Assembly: GCF_022458985.1 (NCBI RefSeq)
Contig: NC_061776.1
Span: forward strand, 8,322,591-8,386,590
Direction: 5' to 3'
DNA: 64,000 bases
Origin: Mugil cephalus
Taxonomy: Eukaryota
This document shows positions 39,401 to 48,300 of this stretch, in pieces. The notes under the pieces are model-generated. The model was not told the origin of the DNA, made no database searches, and worked only from the letters and a program-made list of their open reading frames with translations. Position numbers and translations under genes: made by a program. The stretch's first letter is position 1. Every line of letters starts with the position of its first letter.

Positions 39401-42400
39401 CGCCGAGCGGTCGGAGCCTGAGCTGCTGGTTTCTGCCGGCAGCGACAAACGTCTGAGGGTGTGGAAGAGAAAAGAGGAAGAGGAGGGAGGTCTGATCAGT
39501 GTGGGAACGTTTGGTGCACAGACGGGCGTGATCTTGGCCCTCGCACAAAACTCCACTTACCTGGCTACAGCTTCAGGTAAATGACACTAGTGGTGATGTT
39601 CTTTTTCTTCTTCATAGTCACGTTTTCTAATCTGATCCTTTGTGTTTTGAATTAGACGACTTCACCATTGTGCTGTGGTTGTTGAGCGATCTGACCCGTG
39701 AGTCTGCGATTGACCCACATGTGGTGCTGAGAGGCCACAAAGGAGGAGTCAGCTGCCTGGATTTCAGCCCTGATGGCGCACAGCTACTGTCTGGTGGAAA
39801 AGATCAGGTACCTGAGCTCGTCACGTCAGTCATCATATCTAAAAACACTCATCCAAGGGAATTAAAGGTTTATTTCGAATATGTAAATAAGGAAAATAAA
39901 CGTTCATCAAGAAATAATAGAAAATGCAAATATATCGATATTTAAATAAGACTATTATGTAAACAAATAACAAGTAAATGCAAAATACTAAAATGTTCGG
40001 TTTTCAACAATTTGCAACAATTTATAATTTAATTTACATACTCAAAAAGCAATATCCTGTCAATTTGAAACGTGGTAAAGGAAAACAAACCAAACTCCCA
40101 GGAGCTAAGTGACCCACGAAGACGTCCATACATTTATATATATTCTCCCTCAATCAATTGTTTGGTGTCCGACACAAATTTAAGCTTTTGAAAATGGCAG
40201 CAAGTCATCTTTTTGAAGTATTTTGACCAGAAAGCATCTTCCAGGTCTGAGTGATGAAGTGCAAAAAACTGCAGTTCATCAAGTGGCCACTTGAGGCTCC
40301 AAAAGGGAGCAAATCCCCATAGACCCACATGTTAAAAAGTCTGACTTTATATTAAACATGTTTACAGCCTGGTACAAAAAACTGTTTTGGTCTCAGTGGT
40401 TTATTTCACTATTCATGAAAAGTTTTTCTAAGTCATTAGTTAATTTTTATTAAGGTTTAAAATTCTGTGTAAATAAGGGCATTCCCGCTTTGAGTGAGAG
40501 GCGAAGGGTTGGGTGGGCGGATCTGTGTTACCAGACTTTGATGACAAATCAGATAAATATAGTAAAAAGCCTAAAAAAAAAATATAACATGAAAAATAAA
40601 AACCTCAAAACTGTCGTAATCATCATCATCATGATCATGTGTTTCAGGCGCTGATTGTGTGGGATGTGAGTTCGTCTCCTGCTGTTCTCTCTAAGTCGCT
40701 CCTTCACTCTCACAGAGACTGGATCACAGGCTGCGTCTGGACTCCAGCCTGTGTGGTGAGACCTCATTATAATTCACCATCTACGCACCGATCAGCCATA
40801 ACATTATGACCGGACCAAGTAAATAACATCTTGTGACAATTCAGTGTTCTGCTGGGAAACTGTTGGACCTGGTATTTATTCATCGTGGATGTTACTTAGA
40901 CATGTAGTACCCACCTAGACCAGACCAGACACCCCCCCCACATAGTAATAACACTCCTTGATGGCAGCAGGATGCAGCCTGACACAGACACGCACATAAA
41001 ACAGTTCGGGAACAACTAAAAAAACATGAAGAACAGCACAAGATGTTGATTCTATAGATCCCAAACTGATCATGTATCTGTGGGATGATCCACTGAGGCT
41101 CCTCCCCTCAACCCACAGGACTCAAAGCTCCGCCCACTAACAACATCCTGTAGCCAGTCACCACAGGACGCCCTCAGAAGGTCCATGTCCACTCTCTGAT
41201 GAGTCACAGCTGTTTTGGAGACACAAGGGGAGACCTACACAATATTAGACAGGTGGACATAATGTTATGCCAGATCAATGTAAACAGTGCATCCTGAGTT
41301 ATTACATTAAAGAATCATTAAATTATTATCTAAGTTCAATGTCGTGCCTCTGTCCCTCTTGTCTGCTCCAGATAAGCTCCTCAAACGATGGTAGACTGTG
41401 TTTGTGGGACCTTGAAGCGGGAAAGTGTCTCAGAGAGATTTCCTGGAGGAGTCCGCTCACCTCCGTCTGCTGCCTGGTGAGATAATCATTCATTTCAGTC
41501 TTATTGGTCCATATTCTCCATATTATAGTGAGGGAATATGTCCATTCTTAAGTATTGGGCTGATTGAGAACGTGGCAAAATCTGAATGGAAGTGAGAACT
41601 AAGATTTTGTTTTTCTGGTTCGCTTGTGTAAGTGAGTCAATTTCTTCTTGTTATTGAGGATCTTCTGATTATTATTATTATTATTATTATTATTTGTTGT
41701 TGTTATTGTGTGCAGGGTCAGTATGTGATGGCCGGATGTTCGGAGGGATCTCTTCACGTCTGGAACTGGGAAACAAATGATGAAATCTGCCACATCGCCG
41801 CCCACGTCTGCCAACGCATTCACCACGTCTCCGTCCTCCCAAACACAGGTAGGAAGCAACACTGTGTAGTATCAGGAGTAACCACAACACACTTTAATAC
41901 TAATATGTTTATATATATATATTTTTTTTTTTGTTTTACAGGCGAGGAGAAAGAAGTCAAGCCTGAAGAAATGACCGTTGTCACAGCGTCTGGCGACGGC
42001 ACCGTGCAGCTCTGGAAACCCTTACAGGTCGGTCAACCTGTTCTCAGCTTTAGTTGTAGTTCAGAAGGAGTTTTCACACTTCTTGACACTTTCTCTGTTG
42101 TTTATTGTCCAGGTGGATCACATCAGAACCTTCCACGGTCACAGCGGTGCGATTCGCGGAGTGTTTTGCAAAGATGGAGCCTCTGAATTTCTGACTGTTT
42201 CTGAAGATCGCTCCCTGAGAAACTGGACGTCGACAAAAGGTAAAAAAAAAAAATTAAAAAATGGTCCCAGGTTTCAGCTCTGTAATAAATTAGAAATGTA
42301 AAAAATAATAATAATAGTACTAACACAGATAAATAGGTTTGGGAGAGGGTGATTAAAAGTGGAAATAATTCAGAAATACAGTGGTTCCCAACGCTACTGG

Positions 42401-45277
42401 TGTCTGAGAAAGTGGTGGAAGAGGTTCAAGCTAATTAATTTGAGGAATTATTCAATTAGTAATTTAAGCATTTAATTCAGTTTATTTAATTCAGCTATAA
42501 ACTGCAAAATTTAAATCCTTATTATTATTATTATCTTTTACTATGTTTAAGTCCTTTGTTTGCACACATTCTCCTACCTCCATAAATTTACTCAGCATCT
42601 TTTCAACAACAGTCACTTGAATGATGAAAGATAAAATAAATTAAATAAAGTTTTACAAGCATAAAATGTACAAATTATCATATGAACAAGAAATAGAGAC
42701 AGAAGTAAATGAACACTGGTGGAAAAAAGTTTTCAGACGCCCCAATGTGTGATCATTTACTATATATATATTATTTCTTGTACTTTTTTCTTTTTCTTTG
42801 TTATTTTTTTCTGTTTTATCCTGCTCTTTTTAAATGCTTTCTCTTTATGTAAAGCACATTGAGTTGCCTCTGGGTATGAAATGCACTATATAAATAAAAA
42901 GGCCTTGCCTTGCCTTGGTACACCAGTGTAAACAAACGCTTTCAAACACTTTTGATTCATCTGTATTTACCTTTTGGAGGCTTTGGTCCTTTTATTTTGT
43001 CAACCCCATTGTTGTCAGTAGGTTGGTCTAAATAACAGAAACTGGCGGTTGAGTGTATTCATGATAATAAACTATAAAAATGATTATGACATCGTGAAGT
43101 TCTGCTGAGTGTCTATAAAGTGAAACTATAAAATACGTTTAAAATATTGACGCCTTCATGGCCGACGTCAAAAACAGTGACTTCAATGAAAAAAGACGAT
43201 GCCTTCACGAAAACTTGGAAATTCAATATTCCAACTCGGAAATTTCAGAATTCCGATATCATAGCGCTCACATTTCAGGTTAACTCAGAGGGGAAGTTTG
43301 CTACATTGTGCAGCAGCTATTTTTTTATTTTATTTTGCAGCATCTGCTCAGTGTGCAGCTGTTTATTCTCAGTCGTCTGTGCAGTAGTTACAGTGTGATT
43401 AGATGTTTGGCTCGTTATCCGATCACATTCTGTCCTCTCTGCGCAGAGAGTCAACCGGACCAGAAAGGCTCCATCACGTCGTTGTGCTTCTCTCAGAGTA
43501 ACGATGTTCTTCTGGCCGGTTACGACTCCGGTTTGCTGGAGCTGTGGCAGAACAACGCTGCCGTCGGCCGCAAGCAGGTGGAGTTTATCTCTGGAGAGGT
43601 TTAAACTTAAACTAGGTTTTTTTTTTGTGTTGACGCGTCTGTGTTGCGTGTCTCTTTGCAAGGCGTCCGACGGCGCCATCACAGCGGTCTGCTCCATGCC
43701 TGACGACCAGTTCGCCGTCGCCAACATGAAGGATCCGGTGGTTGACGTGTGGAAGCTGGTGTGGAATCGACAACACAGCAGAGCGAGGTGAATAACGACT
43801 CCGTGTTGTTCTAGAGCAACAACAAACCTGTGTTTCTTTTTCTTTTTTTTACTTCCTTTTGTCAGTTTCTCACCAACCCACATTCCCAATAAAAAAAACA
43901 AAAAAAAAACATCAGACTTCAGTAGCTTCAGTAGCGTATGAGACGGTGACATGTCCTCCAACATCTAGACTCAGACTTTATTCATCCACAAGGAAAATTG
44001 CTTAGTCACAGTAGGTTTGTTACACATGAAAAACACTCTTGAGATCCACAAAAGATAAAATAAATTAAAATAAAATGAGATCAAAATTAAATTAAAGGTA
44101 AAAATCTAGCAGAATTAAATAAAGTCATTAAGAATCAGTATTAGGTCTTCAAGTGCAATTTCTTTTTGTACAGTCAGAGAAAATACTAAACAAATCCTTA
44201 AAAAAAATCATTTAAACCTAAAATTGATCGGTTCCATATAAATATGTAAGAAGTTTTGAGTAGTTTTGGTTCCAGTTTTCCACTAATGAAGACCGTGCTT
44301 CTTATTAACAGATAAACCTTTGTTTCTATATAAAGAATTAGAAAGTTAGAAAGTTGTTCAGACACAAAAATGACTAAACTAGGAACGTAAATGCAGGAAA
44401 CGATAGTTTATTTGTTTTTTGTGCAGTTTTGAACACATTCTCTGGACTTTGATCCTTGTAAAGAAATGAACAGAAAAAATATAATTTGTATTTGTTTGTG
44501 TCTGTCTAATGCAGCCACACCTATTATTTCATGATAATATTTGTGATTGTGTAAAATTTTAAGGGCGTCTGAAAAAAATTTTTCCACCACTGCTTATTAT
44601 ATATATATATTAATAAGAATTGATCTCAAGGGGAAATTTACTTTTAATTACAGCGGCTCCTACTCAAAGTGAACCAGTGTTCAGAACAAAGAGTAATGTA
44701 GGTAATAAGAATAAGTAGAATAAGTAGGCAATTATAGTAAGAACACATCCATCAATGTAAAAAATATAAGAAATATATATATGTAACAATATGTAGAAGT
44801 GTAAGTGAACCTGTTTTCCAAGTTGTTGCTCTATAATAACATTGAATATGGGGTATTGCACAGGGTGAGTCCAAAGTCCAATAATATATAAGCAAATATG
44901 TACAAGTACATGAAAAGAAAGTGAACATGTGTTGTTGCACAATATCAGTACAAATATGGTTATAAATGTGGGTTATGCACACATTAGTGTGGCATTAGTG
45001 TTGGATGTTACTTAGACATGTAGCACCCACCTAGACCAGACACTCCTGGGTAGCAGAACGATTATCGATTGATTATGTGTGAGTCCTTCTTACTCTGTGT
45101 CTGTGTTGCCTCCAGTCTGGTGAAAGTAACCACCCACACCGTGAAACACCTGGTGGAGCAGCTCATGTACCTGACCACCCTCATCGCTGTGTCCAACAAG
45201 AGAACCATCTTCAGTGTCACCAGCAAAGAAGACGAGTGGCTCCACACCGTCACCAAGTACCTCAGCTTTTACTCTTT

Positions 45278-45308
<31 letters not shown>

Positions 45309-48300
45309 GCGTGATTATCGTGAATGAATTTGTTTTGTTTAATAGTTTAATTAGTGTTTGGTTTTGTTGTTTTTTTCTCCCCTGCATTGGAATTTGAGTC
45401 GAGGTTCAGCTGCTTGTGTGGGAAATAGATACACAGCGGCTTTAATGGCTAATTAATTGAAATGAATATGAATATAATGTGACACAAATTAGTATTTATT
45501 TGTTAAAGTTTGTATTTGTTAATGATTTAGTGAATTAATAATTTATTTTTAATATTATTTAGTTAAATTTAATGCTATATTAAGTCATATATTGATTGAT
45601 TGAAATTATTAATTTATTATTACCTTAGTCAGTTTTGATCCATGACTCTGCAGCCAGTATAAAGACTTCTGACCTTTTGACACTTATATATCACGTCAGA
45701 TTAATAAGTCATCCGTTTCAGCCAGGATAACGTTATGGGTTATGAGACTAAATTGTTACTTGGAGGATTCTTGATAGATGCTAATGCTAGCAGTTAGCTA
45801 ACGCAACATTAGTTGCATGTTTCTGGGGTGTCCAGGCAGAAGTTGCATTTACTACGTTACCCTCCACAGTGGTTCCACTTACTTCTTGTAATATCTTTGT
45901 TGGAGAGGCTTCACTTGATAAAGACAGACCAGACTTTGTCCTCTCTGTGTCCTCATTTGGTGAAATCGTTCATCCAGTGAGTGAGAGTGTAGGGTTCGAT
46001 GAATATAGTCAAATCAGTCGGAGTCAACTTTCACGGTCTCGGGGAGTAAATGTTTTCATGTATTTTCTAAAATATTGCGTTTTCTTCGTCCATTCTTGCC
46101 AAAACAGTCTGTTGAAATATACTAACCACCATTTACAGGCTGTAGTGTTTGAGATGTTTTGCCTCCAGCTAAGCCCCGCCCCTCATAAAAGCTCACACTG
46201 TTTACAAACTGTGAATGTGTCTATTGTCTTTTTAACATTTTAAATTAGACATACAGACATAAGTCTTCGCTCTAGTGTGATGAACTGATGCATTGTTTGG
46301 TTGTAGATATTGATGCTGCTGTTGGGTTTTATTCCCAAAGTTTTATTTCCTGTGTTTGTCTCTTGTTTTTTAGTTGGCAAAGAGAAGTTCATATTCAGGA
46401 CCTGATCCGCAATGACGAGAAAAGCACGTGGCTGGTGGGCGAGAAGAACGGAAACATTCACATCGGCTTCTTTGTGAGTTTTACTCTCTCGGTGATGCAG
46501 GATTCATGCATCAAAGCAAAATATTTATTAGATTTGACAGACGGATGCTAAGTATTTTTAACATAATTTCAATGTTAAGGAGGAACAAGATGAACATTTA
46601 TTGAGGAAACATGAAAACGAATGGGGACAAGGAAATGATTAGCTCAGAGGAATCGGGCAAATCATTCATTCATTCATTGGATGAAAGTAGTGGGGGTCTA
46701 AAAATTGAGGATGGACTGATTTTGACAGTGTGGAAAATTGGAAGAGATAAGGAAATAGAGCGATGCCCAGATTCAATGGAGGGGAACGGATCTTCTTTAA
46801 TAAAAAAAATTTAATTTATTAAAGAAATTCAAAATTCCCCAATCACAGGCTTTATTTTGTATTTGAACAAATGAGGAGTTCAAATAACCTGACAAAGAAA
46901 TCTTCATGGAGTCCTTCATCTAACTCAGATCTTGTTTAGAGGTTCAGATATTTAATCACCTCATTCATTGTGTTTGCGTAATGGTTTCTAAGTAATACTG
47001 TACTCTAGTACCGTAGTCTGAAGCCTCCATCGGAGGATAGAAATCAATGGGTTTACACAAAATGTCGTTTAAACAAGAGTATTATTTCTCCAGTATTCTG
47101 ATATCCTCTGAGATTTGTGACCTGACGAAATCTAACAAAGGATCTATAGGTGGAGATATTTTTTCTCTGAGCTTCTGTTTAAACCAGAGCAGATATATAT
47201 GAACTGTAGTTCACAGCGTCGTCCTGTCTCCTTTCAGTTCACCATGGGCTCCAACACTCGGTTCCACTTGGCTTTCGGCTCGATAGAAATGAACCGTGAC
47301 GAGGAGAAGAAGGGAGGCCTGATAACGGCTGCGACGGTCGACAAAGGTGCAGATTTGCTAATTATGATCATGACTATGTGGCCTCAGACACAAACGACGG
47401 GCTGGAGAGGAGAAATGTTTTGCATGTTTGCTTTCTTATGTGACGCCTCGTGTCTCCTTCAGACTTCGTGGTCTGCGGAGACGTGAACGGCAACATGTGG
47501 TTCAATGAGCCTCCAGAACTCACCTCATGGAGCAACAGAAAACTGGTAAGAGATGAAAGTCAGAAACCAAATGAAAGAGATTTGTGCGTATTTTTTTTTG
47601 GGATGGGACAAAAAAAAATAACTTCAGTTTTCCTAAAGAAGAAAAACTAAAGAACCTCAAACTATGGAGTGCAACTAAATAAATATGATTCAGTAAAAAA
47701 TGAAAAATCCACTTATTTGTAAAGGTAAAATAAGCATAAAAAAAAAGAAAAGAAAAAGTATAAAAAAAGCTTTTATTTAAGTGTGGCAAAAACTGGTTAA
47801 AAGCACATGGACCTACGTGTTGTCGCTCTAGTAAAATAAGAATTTGTAAGAAAACCTTTTGTTTTTTCTAAATTTTCTCTGTATACACAAACACATTCAC
47901 TTTCTATTACAAAAAACTCAGAAAATAACTTTAACCTCCTGTGATCCAAGCATTTGTTGAATTTCTTTAAGATTATATTAAGATCTGTAGGTATTTGGTA
48001 TTAACAGGACCTAAGACGTATAAAGAATAAGTGTCATCTTTGAAGCAGCAAGTAGTTTTTGAAAAACAAATATGTGGACACAGGGATTATTTCACTGTTT
48101 ATTACAATTTAAGTCACCAATGTGCACCAGAACATAAAACTGTTTATTTTAATGCAAAAGCAGAACTGGAAACAATGAAATCCCAACGTCCTCATATGAG
48201 GACTTGTGAATTTGTTAAATTTTCATGTCACATCAAACTAGAAAAGTTAATAAGAATAAATAAACAAGTGTATTGACCCTTCGACTACCAGTACATGGCA

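Noticed and set aside
45069-45314. ORF ending in poly-Cys
   Set aside because: Translation of the (GTT)n microsatellite downstream of the real exon 50 donor at 45257.
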